From: an uncultured Sulfurimonas sp.
GTDB lineage: Bacteria; Campylobacterota; Campylobacteria; Campylobacterales; Sulfurimonadaceae
DNA: 64,000 nt
Assembly: GCA_964548435.1 (NCBI GenBank)
Contig: CAZJRG010000001.1
Location: 152-64,151 of the forward strand
Direction: 5' to 3'
Made by a program: the position numbers and the translations under genes. The notes under the pieces were generated by a model that worked only from the letters and a program-made list of their open reading frames with translations, was not told the DNA's origin and ran no database searches. Shown piece by piece: positions 56,534 to 64,000 of the stretch. The stretch's first letter is position 1. Every line of letters starts with the position of its first letter.

Positions 56534-57480
56534 AAAATCTCTCTTTTGACAACCCGCTTTATGTCCTTGCGCCTCTTGCTGGATATACAGATCTTCCCTT
56601 TAGAAGTGTTGTCAAAAAGTTTGGAGCAGACCTCACTGTAAGTGAGATGCTTAGTTCAAATGCGCTCGCATTTGGTTCTGAAAAAACACTTCACATGATA
56701 GAAAAATCACCACTTGAAGATCCCTACTCTGTTCAGATAGCTGGAGCGGAAGTGGGTGTTGTTCGTGATGCAGTAGAGGTTCTTAATGCTCAAGAGGGAA
56801 TAGATATCATCGATTTGAATTGTGGTTGTCCTGTGCCAAAAATTGTAGGACATGGAAGCGGAAGTTCACTGCTTCTAAACCTACCTCTAATGGGAGAGAT
56901 AATCAAAACAATTAAAGAGACCTCAAATAAACAACTCACAAGTGTTAAAGTGCGTTTAGGCTTTGAAGAAAAAAACCATATAGATATTGCAAAAATGGTT
57001 GAAGACAGTGGAGCTGATTTTATTGCAGTACACGGAAGAACAAGAGTTGGTAAGTTTAAATCTGCGGTTGATTACGATGCAATAAAAGAGATTAAAAACG
57101 CAGTCTCTATTCCTGTCATAGCAAATGGTGATATTGACACATACGAAAAAGCGAAGTGGGTTTTGGAGTATACTGGAGCTGATGGCATTATGATCGGTCG
57201 AGGTGCAGTTGGAGCTCCTTGGATTTTTCATCAGTTGCGCACAGGAAGTTCACACATAGATCAATCTGTGAAGCATGAGATTATTATGGAGCACTATGAC
57301 AAAATGATAGAGTTTTATGGTGATCATGGTGCTGTAATGTTTCGAAAGCATACCCATACATATTGTAAAGGTTTTAGGGGTGCATCAAAACTAAGAAATG
57401 ATGTAAACAATATAACTGATCCAAGAGAATACCGCGCACTTCTTGATGATTTTTTTAAAAATGCTGAGTTAACTCTTTAA
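56527..57480 (+). CDS. dusB: tRNA-dihydrouridine synthase
   Basis: APLAGYTDLPFRSVVKKFGADLTVSEM, DLNCGCP, VKVRLG and HGRTR motifs. Confidence 0.9.
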   Translation: MLKNLSFDNPLYVLAPLAGYTDLPFRSVVKKFGADLTVSEMLSSNALAFGSEKTLHMIEKSPLEDPYSVQIAGAEVGVVRDAVEVLNAQEGIDIIDLNCGCPVPKIVGHGSGSSLLLNLPLMGEIIKTIKETSNKQLTSVKVRLGFEEKNHIDIAKMVEDSGADFIAVHGRTRVGKFKSAVDYDAIKEIKNAVSIPVIANGDIDTYEKAKWVLEYTGADGIMIGRGAVGAPWIFHQLRTGSSHIDQSVKHEIIMEHYDKMIEFYGDHGAVMFRKHTHTYCKGFRGASKLRNDVNNITDPREYRALLDDFFKNAELTL

Positions 57481-58625
57481 TGATTCCTATTAGCAAATCG
57501 ATTCGAGAACTGAGCCGTGATGATATAGGTGACAACCTTTTTTATTATGATTACAACACAAAACATCTTCTCTCTTTAATCCGTAAAGGATTCGCTCTTG
57601 ATGATCCATCTTACCTTAGCTCTTATCGTTCATTTGAGGGGGAGGTCTATGAGAATTTTTTATATGAAAAACTGCTGCGTTATGCAGAGGAAAATAGTGA
57701 TATCGTAAAATTTATTCTCAAAGGTTTCCATCAAAATCGTCATAAAGCCTATGCAAATACACTCTCCATAAGTGAAAAAGAGCAGATTGTTTATCGTACT
57801 AAGAGTAGAGAGATTAGCGAGTTTGATGCAATGTTTGTGACAAAACACAATGAACTCTATTTTGTTGAAATGACACTTGTCAAATCTGTTTTAAAGTTAC
57901 GTCGAAGACTTCGTAAGAAAAAAGCACTCTTAGAGATTATATTTCCAAACTACACAATTAAATCTTTGATCATCTTAAATGAGGGAGCCATAGGTACAAA
58001 ACAGTTCCCATCCTATTGTGATGTCTGGTTTACAAAAGAGTTTTCCGCACAAGATGTATTGGATTTTATTGTAGCAAAAGAGAAGCGACAGTTGCTTCCA
58101 AGAGAGAAAATAAAATCTTCAAAGATGATCGAAGCGCATACTATGAAACTTCATCCATTTAGATACTACAACACTATGAGTTGGATTACCAAAACACTCA
58201 GGGCACATAAAAAACATATTTTAGATATGAACTTTTTGATGAATGAAAAGGTACAGAGATATCAAGATCTTTATAATAAATTTTATATAGGATATATAGA
58301 GCTTCGATACTTAAGAAAACTGTTACAGATTCCTAATGAATTTAAAGATGATCAAAAAGTAATTGTTGCTATTGAAAAAAAGCATTCAGATGAGATCGTG
58401 TTGACATACTACATACAAACGGGTAGAAAAAATCTCTATCTTTATAGTTTTGATGAGGAAGAGAAGCTGACTCGTGAGAAGAAAGATCCTTATGGTATAA
58501 CTGTGACAGAGGTGTTTCACATCACAAAACAGATGGATGAGAGCTACCTTCTAGATGTCGCAAATCTCACAACCATCAAAAAACTGCTCAAAGAGCGCTA
58601 TGAAGCAGATCAATCACAGAGCTAA
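57480..58625 (+). CDS. Hypothetical protein with NERD/PD-(D/E)xK-like N-terminal region
   Basis: 381 aa. FEGEVYENFLYEKLL....SREISEFDAMFVTKHNELYFVEMTLVKS resembles the G.GE...L / EID...vi..viEvK layout of NERD-type nuclease folds, but lacks the canonical Lys (E-M-T). TAATG coupling to dusB. Confidence 0.55.
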   Translation: MIPISKSIRELSRDDIGDNLFYYDYNTKHLLSLIRKGFALDDPSYLSSYRSFEGEVYENFLYEKLLRYAEENSDIVKFILKGFHQNRHKAYANTLSISEKEQIVYRTKSREISEFDAMFVTKHNELYFVEMTLVKSVLKLRRRLRKKKALLEIIFPNYTIKSLIILNEGAIGTKQFPSYCDVWFTKEFSAQDVLDFIVAKEKRQLLPREKIKSSKMIEAHTMKLHPFRYYNTMSWITKTLRAHKKHILDMNFLMNEKVQRYQDLYNKFYIGYIELRYLRKLLQIPNEFKDDQKVIVAIEKKHSDEIVLTYYIQTGRKNLYLYSFDEEEKLTREKKDPYGITVTEVFHITKQMDESYLLDVANLTTIKKLLKERYEADQSQS

Positions 58626-58643
58626 ACCAAGCTTCTCTCTTCT

Positions 58644-59570
58644 TTAAAGATCCTCTCCGTACGCTATAGAGGCTGCGCGCTCTTTGTATGCTTGAAGTGG
58701 TTCTTTTTTACTAAGTGCAGTGTGTTCTCCCAGAAATTCTTCAAGTTGTTCATGGCGTTTTTGAAGTATATCTTGAAACTCTTCTTGCGTTTTAGGTCTG
58801 TTTTCTAAAAATTTGTCCAATAAAATATTGCTTTTACCCATGAGTACAAGATAGCTATGTGGTCCAAAATCAAGCATTACGACACTTGTGTCTTGTGAGA
58901 GTGCTTTTTGAAAACGTATGGATACTTGATGCGTTTCGTCACTCATGAACTCTTTAAGCGGGCTTTGCACCTCTTCTTGAGCTGCTCTTGTATTTTGAAA
59001 CTCATCCATTTTAAAAAGCCATGGATTTGGAGCTTTTGATTTTGGACTAGATACCATTTTTCTTTTAAGATAGAAAAGAGTAAATATAGCGAGTAGTAAA
59101 AAACCTACCACAATGTAGTAGCTTGTAGAGAGTGCATCTTCTTGTTTAGTAGGTAAGTTAGACAAGAGATTGTTTTCTTCACCCTCTTCAACACTCATAT
59201 CAGCTGATGTTTGTGATTGCGCCTTAAAACGCAATCGGAGTCCATAACCATCTGTGGTTCTTGATGCAACGAGTGCTATGTTTGTTGTGGCAGTTGCGAT
59301 TATCTGTGTGTGATCTGCAAGCGGTGTGATAGAGAGTGATTGCAAAAATGGGGAGTTTACTTTTTTCATTTTAGGTGAAGTGATACTTGCACCCTCTAGT
59401 TTAATGATGATTTTAGACTTTGCACCAGTTTGTGTGATCTTGCCGCTATAGGGTGTGTCAAAAGTGATCATAATGTCGGCTCTATCAGTTCTATCATAAA
59501 TGTTGTAGCTGAGAATTTTTGATGCGAAAAGTGAAAGCGGGAGTAATAAGCTAATAAAAAGAATTTTCAT
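58644..59570 (-). CDS. fliO: Long-form FliO-like flagellar export protein (periplasmic domain + TM + cytoplasmic domain)
   Basis: Signal peptide MKILFISLLLPLSLFA, a ~150-aa beta-rich periplasmic domain, TM YYIVVGFLLLAIFTLFYL and a ~130-aa cytoplasmic tail. Immediately downstream of fliN with no spacer, as for the long FliO described in Helicobacter pylori. Confidence 0.6.
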   Translation of the reverse strand: MKILFISLLLPLSLFASKILSYNIYDRTDRADIMITFDTPYSGKITQTGAKSKIIIKLEGASITSPKMKKVNSPFLQSLSITPLADHTQIIATATTNIALVASRTTDGYGLRLRFKAQSQTSADMSVEEGEENNLLSNLPTKQEDALSTSYYIVVGFLLLAIFTLFYLKRKMVSSPKSKAPNPWLFKMDEFQNTRAAQEEVQSPLKEFMSDETHQVSIRFQKALSQDTSVVMLDFGPHSYLVLMGKSNILLDKFLENRPKTQEEFQDILQKRHEQLEEFLGEHTALSKKEPLQAYKERAASIAYGEDL

Positions 59571-59912
59571 CTATAGTCTCTCTTTGGAAAGGTGATATAA
59601 AACTGCACTAGAATCAAGGACTTCGTTGATACGGATGGCAAGATTTTTCTCATACACCATTACCTCGCCCTTACCTAAGATACGTCCGTTTACATAGGAT
59701 TCTACTGATTCACCAGCTGGTTTTTTCAAGTCTATGATTGAACCTTTTTCAAGTTTTAGAATCTCGCGAAGCGTAAGCTGCGTTTCACCTAGGTCTGCGA
59801 CAAACTCGACTTCCATATCAAGAATTCCAGAGTAGTCCATCCATGAAAGCTCTTTATCGGCGTCAAAAGGCTTTTCGTTTTTAGAGTAGCTAAAGTGTTT
59901 TGGCTTAGGCAT
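59571..59912 (-). CDS. fliN: Flagellar motor switch protein FliN
   Basis: 113 aa. SpoA domain LTLREILKLEKGSIIDLKKPAGESVESYVNGRILGKGEVMVYEKNLAIRINEV. Confidence 0.9.
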   Translation of the reverse strand: MPKPKHFSYSKNEKPFDADKELSWMDYSGILDMEVEFVADLGETQLTLREILKLEKGSIIDLKKPAGESVESYVNGRILGKGEVMVYEKNLAIRINEVLDSSAVLYHLSKERL

Positions 59913-60333
59913 TGAGTTCCTTAATAGCTATAGAGAGTATATTTTCTTCAACAAAAATGGTCGTTGCATCATCATACTCAAGATCAAAAACTTCAAACTT
60001 TTCAAAGCAGGGTGTGCCTATAGTGAAAGGGTTTTTATCTTCCTCTTGCGCAATGACTTTTGCACTTCCAACGATAAGATTTGTCATCTCAAGCACCATA
60101 TCTTGAAGTGTCTCATCGTCGCTCTCATCCTCTTCTAAGAGAATCTTTGAAACTTCTTGAACAAATCCACTACTTGCTGCGATATAGACTCTATAAGCTT
60201 TTGTATCTTGTGCGTTTACATCGATGTAAGCAATAAGTGTTCTCGTTTTGGTAAGACCCTCTTGAACTCTATGAGGTTTGCGTATTTGATGAATACAAAA
60301 ATTCTCAGATGCCTTTTCAATATCTTTTAACAT
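59905..60333 (-). CDS. CheX/CheC-like CheY-P phosphatase family protein
   Basis: 142 aa with one exact copy of the phosphatase motif D/S-x3-E-x2-N-x22-P: D-MVL-E-MT-N-(LIVGSAKVIAQEEDKNPFTIGT)-P. 8-nt overlap with fliN. Confidence 0.7.
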   Translation of the reverse strand: MLKDIEKASENFCIHQIRKPHRVQEGLTKTRTLIAYIDVNAQDTKAYRVYIAASSGFVQEVSKILLEEDESDDETLQDMVLEMTNLIVGSAKVIAQEEDKNPFTIGTPCFEKFEVFDLEYDDATTIFVEENILSIAIKELNA

Positions 60334-60360
60334 GCCAACCCTTTTGTTGAATAATCAAAG

Positions 60361-60366
60361 ATTATA
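60361..60366 (-). promoter_or_regulatory. TATAAT -10 box (minus strand) for the cheX-fliN-fliO operon
   Basis: Top strand ATTATA, 27 nt upstream of ATG 60333. AAGGG RBS. Confidence 0.3.
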
Positions 60367-60399
60367 CGTAAAGCATTCTCAAATCAAAATTAAATGCTG

Positions 60400-60408
60400 T
60401 GCTATAAT
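60400..60408 (+). promoter_or_regulatory. Extended -10 promoter (TGcTATAAT) for the TauE/SafE gene
   Basis: Exact TGnTATAAT, 24 nt upstream of ATG 60433. Confidence 0.4.
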
Positions 60409-60432
60409 TTCACAAAAATTTGATGGATATGC

Positions 60433-61164
60433 ATGATAGAACTCCTTGGTGTCGGTATTGTAGTGGGTGCTCTGTCTGGTTTTTTCGGAATTGGTGGAGG
60501 AACTGTCTTGGTTCCCATTTTACTCCTCTTGGGGTATGATACCAAGGTTGCCATAGGCATCTCTGTCATCCAGATGGTGTTTGGTTCTATCTTTGGGAGT
60601 TATCTCAATCAGAAAAAAGGAACACTCGACACATCCATGGTGCTCTATATAGGTGCTGGCGGGTTTATGGGTGGTTTGATGAGTGGCTACATGAGTGCAC
60701 TCTTTTCAAATCAAACGCTTGAGCTTATCTTTTTTGCTTTTGCTGTTTTCGCGCTTGCGAGACTCTTTATGAAAACGCAGGAACATCAAGAGGAGCGCCA
60801 AGTCCATAAACTACTTCTCTTTGGTATAGGTGTGCCACTTGGAGCACTGAGTATGGTGATAGGTGTTGGAGGGAGTATTTTACTCGTACCTATCTTGGTC
60901 GGTTTTTTGCATGTACCACTCAAAAAAGCGATCTCGGCAGGACTCTTTTTTGTGGTTTTTTCTTCCATTTCTGGGCTTATATCTCATTATCTCCATGGCG
61001 TTTTAGAGATAAAGAGCGGTGTCATCATTGGTATTGCATCACTTTTAGGCGTCTATGTGGGCATAATCTTAAAAGACATTGTTGGAGCGAGGTTACAAAA
61101 AAATCTTCTTGTAGCTTTTTACCTCCTTATAGTAATATATTTGGCTAAAAGAGTATTTTTATAA
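60433..61164 (+). CDS. TauE/SafE-family (DUF81) anion exporter membrane protein
   Basis: 243 aa, ~7-8 TM. Duplicated GFFGIGGGTVLVPILLLLG / GVGGSILLVPILVGFL motif. Confidence 0.85.
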   Translation: MIELLGVGIVVGALSGFFGIGGGTVLVPILLLLGYDTKVAIGISVIQMVFGSIFGSYLNQKKGTLDTSMVLYIGAGGFMGGLMSGYMSALFSNQTLELIFFAFAVFALARLFMKTQEHQEERQVHKLLLFGIGVPLGALSMVIGVGGSILLVPILVGFLHVPLKKAISAGLFFVVFSSISGLISHYLHGVLEIKSGVIIGIASLLGVYVGIILKDIVGARLQKNLLVAFYLLIVIYLAKRVFL

Positions 61165-61176
61165 CAAAGGCAAAAC

Positions 61177-64000
61177 TTGAACACTAAAGAGCAAATTACA
61201 ATTATTGGTGCACGTGAGAATAATCTAAAAAATATAAACTTGACAATTCCAAAAAATCAGCTTGTCGTTATGACGGGACTTAGTGGAAGTGGAAAATCAA
61301 CTCTCGCGTTTGACACTCTCTACGCAGAGGGACAACGCCGTTACATGGAGTCGCTCTCTTCATACGCAAGACAGTTTCTTGATCGTGTGGGTAAACCCGA
61401 TGTCGATAAAATAGAAGGGCTCACCCCTGCCATCGCCATAGATCAAAAAACTACATCTAAAAATCCACGTTCAACTGTTGGAACCATTACTGAAATATAT
61501 GATTATCTTCGACTTTTGTATGCTCGCGTTGGGGTGCAACACTGTCATAAATGCAACAAGGTCATCTCTCAAATGTCCGCAGCAGATATCATCGCAGAGG
61601 TGGCAAAGCTTCCAGAGGGTGCCAAGCTTGTTTTGCTCGCACCACTTGTAAAAGAGAACAAAGGAAGCTATGCCGATCTACTCGAATCACTGGTACACAA
61701 AGGGTATGTCAGAGCTATGATAGATGGCGTTATGGTGCGTTTAGATGAGGAGATAGAGCTCTCAAAGAGTAAAAAACACACCATAAAAGTGGTCATAGAC
61801 AGAGTAGTCGTAAGCTTTGAAAACAAAGAGCGCATCGCCGCAGATGTGGAAAAAGCACTCAAAGAGTCCTATGGTGAACTAGAGATCGAGATACTCAACC
61901 ACGAAGAGCTTGGATGCAAGCCGCATATGCACTACTCGGAGCACAATGCCTGTTTTGATTGTAAGATAAGTTTTGATCCGCTTGAACCACTCTCATTCTC
62001 TTTTAACTCGCCAAAGGGAGCTTGTCCTGAGTGCGACGGTCTGGGGCTGCGTTATGCACTCGATCAAGAGAAGATCATCGATGGTGATTTGAGTATCGAA
62101 AAAGGGGCGGTGAAGATAGTCTATGGCTTCAATAAAGGCTACTATTTTACATTTTTAAAAGCCTTTTGTGAACACAACAAAATAGACATAAAAGTTCCAT
62201 ACTCAGAGCTTGAAGAGTATCAGAAAAAAGCGATTCTTCATGGAAATATTGATGAAGTGGAGTTTTTATGGAAAAACCATAAAGTCAAACGCCTCTTTCC
62301 TGGAATTATCCGTATAGCTTATGATATGTTCAAAGATGAAAAAGAGCTCTCTGACTATATGAGCGAAAAAAAGTGCAGCGTTTGTAACTCCTATCGTCTT
62401 AAACGCGAGTCCTTGGCTGTGAGAGTTTCTGATCGTGGTATTGCAGATATACTCGATATGCCAATCAACAAAACATACGAGTGGTTTGCGACTAAAGAGA
62501 ATTTTGATTATCTTAATGCGCAATCGACACAAATAGCCGCACCCATACTAAATGAAATTCGTGAGCGTCTCTACTTCTTGTACGATGTAGGTTTAGGTTA
62601 CATCACTTTAGGTCGTGATGCCAGAACCATCAGTGGAGGCGAAGCACAGCGCATCCGCATTGCTTCTCAGATTGGAAGCGGACTTACGGGGGTGATGTAT
62701 GTTCTTGATGAGCCAAGTATCGGTCTTCACGAGCGTGACACACTCAAACTCATACGAACACTCAGAAGCCTTCAAGAAAAAAGCAACAGCGTCATTGTGG
62801 TGGAGCATGACAAAGAGACCATCGAAAACGCTGACTTCATCGTGGACATTGGAAGTGGGGCTGGAAAGTTTGGTGGTGAAGTTGTCTTTAGTGGTACCTT
62901 AAGCGAGCTTAAAAAAGCAAAAACACTTACGGCTGACTACCTCTATGGACGAAAAAAGATAGAGTATTTTTATCGCCGTCCACAGGAAAAATTTATAGAG
63001 ATTAAAAATGTGACATTAAATAATATCAATAATTTGAGTGTGCAGATTCCTCTTAATAATTTTGTATGTATAACAGGAGTGAGTGGAAGTGGAAAGAGTT
63101 CGCTTATGTTGCAAACACTACTTCCAACGGCTAGAGAACTTCTCAATAACGCGAGAAAAGTCAACAAAGTCGCAGGCGTAGAGATAAATGGTTTAGAGCA
63201 TGTAGATAAGGTAATCTATCTTGACCAAAGCCCAATAGGGAGAACCCCGCGTTCAAACCCTGCTACTTACACAGGTGTAATGGATGAGATAAGAAATCTT
63301 TTTGAGCAGACCAAAGAGTCGCAGATACGCGGTTATACAAGCTCGCGTTTTAGCTTCAACGTCAAAGGTGGGCGCTGCGAGAAGTGTCAAGGCGAGGGCG
63401 AAATAAAGATAGAGATGCACTTCTTGCCAGACATCATGGTCAAGTGCGACTCCTGTCACGGCACGCGCTATAACCTCCAAACGCTAGAGGTGCTCTACAA
63501 AGGCAAAAACATCTCTGACGTTTTAAATATGTCGGTAGATGAAGCTTATGAGTTTTTCGCGCCAATTCCAAAAATAAACCTAAAGCTCAAAACGCTAGTA
63601 GACGTAGGACTTGGCTACATCACGCTTGGTCAAAACGCGGTCACGCTCTCAGGCGGAGAAGCGCAGCGCATCAAGCTCGCCAAAGAGCTGAGCCGCAAAG
63701 ACACGGGACAAACGCTCTACATACTCGACGAGCCAACCACGGGTCTGCATTTTGCCGACGTGGACAGACTCACTGGCGTTTTACACAAGTTTGTTGAACT
63801 TGGAAACTCCATGCTCATCATAGAACACAATCTCGACATGATAAAAAATGCCGACTGGATCGTAGACATGGGACCAGAAGGCGGCAGCGGCGGCGGACTC
63901 GTCATCGCCGAGGGTTCCCCTGAAACAGTAGCGGCAGAGTATGAAAAAACAGGCTCTCATACGGGCGAGTATCTTAGAAAAGAGTTGGCGCTGCATAAAT
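61177..64000 (+). CDS. uvrA: Excinuclease ABC subunit A (3' end just beyond window)
   Basis: TTG start 61177 (AAGG 6 nt upstream). LNTKEQITIIGARENNLKNINLTIPKNQLVVMTGLSGSGKSTLAFDTLYAEGQRRYMESLSSYARQFL. Zinc-finger CxxC pairs and the second ABC module (LSGGEAQRIKLAKEL, LYILDEPTTGLH). The frame stays open to position 64000 (...EYLRKELALHK), so it is absent from the ORF track. Confidence 0.95.
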   Translation, partial: MNTKEQITIIGARENNLKNINLTIPKNQLVVMTGLSGSGKSTLAFDTLYAEGQRRYMESLSSYARQFLDRVGKPDVDKIEGLTPAIAIDQKTTSKNPRSTVGTITEIYDYLRLLYARVGVQHCHKCNKVISQMSAADIIAEVAKLPEGAKLVLLAPLVKENKGSYADLLESLVHKGYVRAMIDGVMVRLDEEIELSKSKKHTIKVVIDRVVVSFENKERIAADVEKALKESYGELEIEILNHEELGCKPHMHYSEHNACFDCKISFDPLEPLSFSFNSPKGACPECDGLGLRYALDQEKIIDGDLSIEKGAVKIVYGFNKGYYFTFLKAFCEHNKIDIKVPYSELEEYQKKAILHGNIDEVEFLWKNHKVKRLFPGIIRIAYDMFKDEKELSDYMSEKKCSVCNSYRLKRESLAVRVSDRGIADILDMPINKTYEWFATKENFDYLNAQSTQIAAPILNEIRERLYFLYDVGLGYITLGRDARTISGGEAQRIRIASQIGSGLTGVMYVLDEPSIGLHERDTLKLIRTLRSLQEKSNSVIVVEHDKETIENADFIVDIGSGAGKFGGEVVFSGTLSELKKAKTLTADYLYGRKKIEYFYRRPQEKFIEIKNVTLNNINNLSVQIPLNNFVCITGVSGSGKSSLMLQTLLPTARELLNNARKVNKVAGVEINGLEHVDKVIYLDQSPIGRTPRSNPATYTGVMDEIRNLFEQTKESQIRGYTSSRFSFNVKGGRCEKCQGEGEIKIEMHFLPDIMVKCDSCHGTRYNLQTLEVLYKGKNISDVLNMSVDEAYEFFAPIPKINLKLKTLVDVGLGYITLGQNAVTLSGGEAQRIKLAKELSRKDTGQTLYILDEPTTGLHFADVDRLTGVLHKFVELGNSMLIIEHNLDMIKNADWIVDMGPEGGSGGGLVIAEGSPETVAAEYEKTGSHTGEYLRKELALHK

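Noticed and set aside
936-60780. AAACGCAG as a Chi-like recombination hotspot or KOPS/FtsK-orienting motif
   Set aside because: Those signals are strongly skewed toward one strand within a replichore. Here the two orientations are nearly balanced (37 against 29) and interleaved along the window.
1-64000. CRISPR arrays, tRNA/rRNA genes, IS transposases, integrases, prophage blocks
   Set aside because: Reading all spacers longer than 70 nt and the ORF track, I saw no regularly spaced direct repeats, no cloverleaf-capable tRNA-like segments, no rRNA-like stretches and no transposase or integrase motifs (DDE, tyrosine recombinase R..H..R..Y).

Overview
Densely coding 64-kb chromosomal segment (about 97% coding by my coordinates, roughly 40-45% G+C by eye). 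Gene content and local synteny point to a Campylobacterota (epsilonproteobacterial) genome: aroB-mscS-mtaB-ftsH paralogue-small esterase, cheX-fliN-long fliO, motAB-fliP, a divergent RecO, and lipid A PAP2/EptA genes. I call 55 protein-coding genes, two of them cut by the window edges (a nucleotidyltransferase-fold gene at the left, uvrA at the right). Most are housekeeping (glnA, leuA, alaS, tex, glmU, gltB, accD, aroB, uvrA and others). The rest include a RelE/RHH toxin-antitoxin pair, an envelope/lipid A remodelling island (26.3-35.3 kb) and an operon of an OlsF-like aminolipid synthase, an MMPL exporter and a SPOR/beta-barrel protein (18.9-24.7 kb). I see no rRNA, tRNA, CRISPR array, transposase or integrase. 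Two sequence-level signals stand out. (i) The 8-mer AAACGCAG occurs about once per kb in both orientations: 66 exact copies by manual count against about 2 expected from base composition, which resembles a DNA-uptake-type genomic signature. (ii) A 268-bp intergenic element (25154-25421) has 21-bp terminal inverted repeats flanked by TA and a dense set of internal helices, so it is either a MITE or a structured RNA. All functional calls rest on motif recognition by eye. No database search, HMM or folding program was available, and start codons were only adjusted where an RBS or promoter argument was visible.
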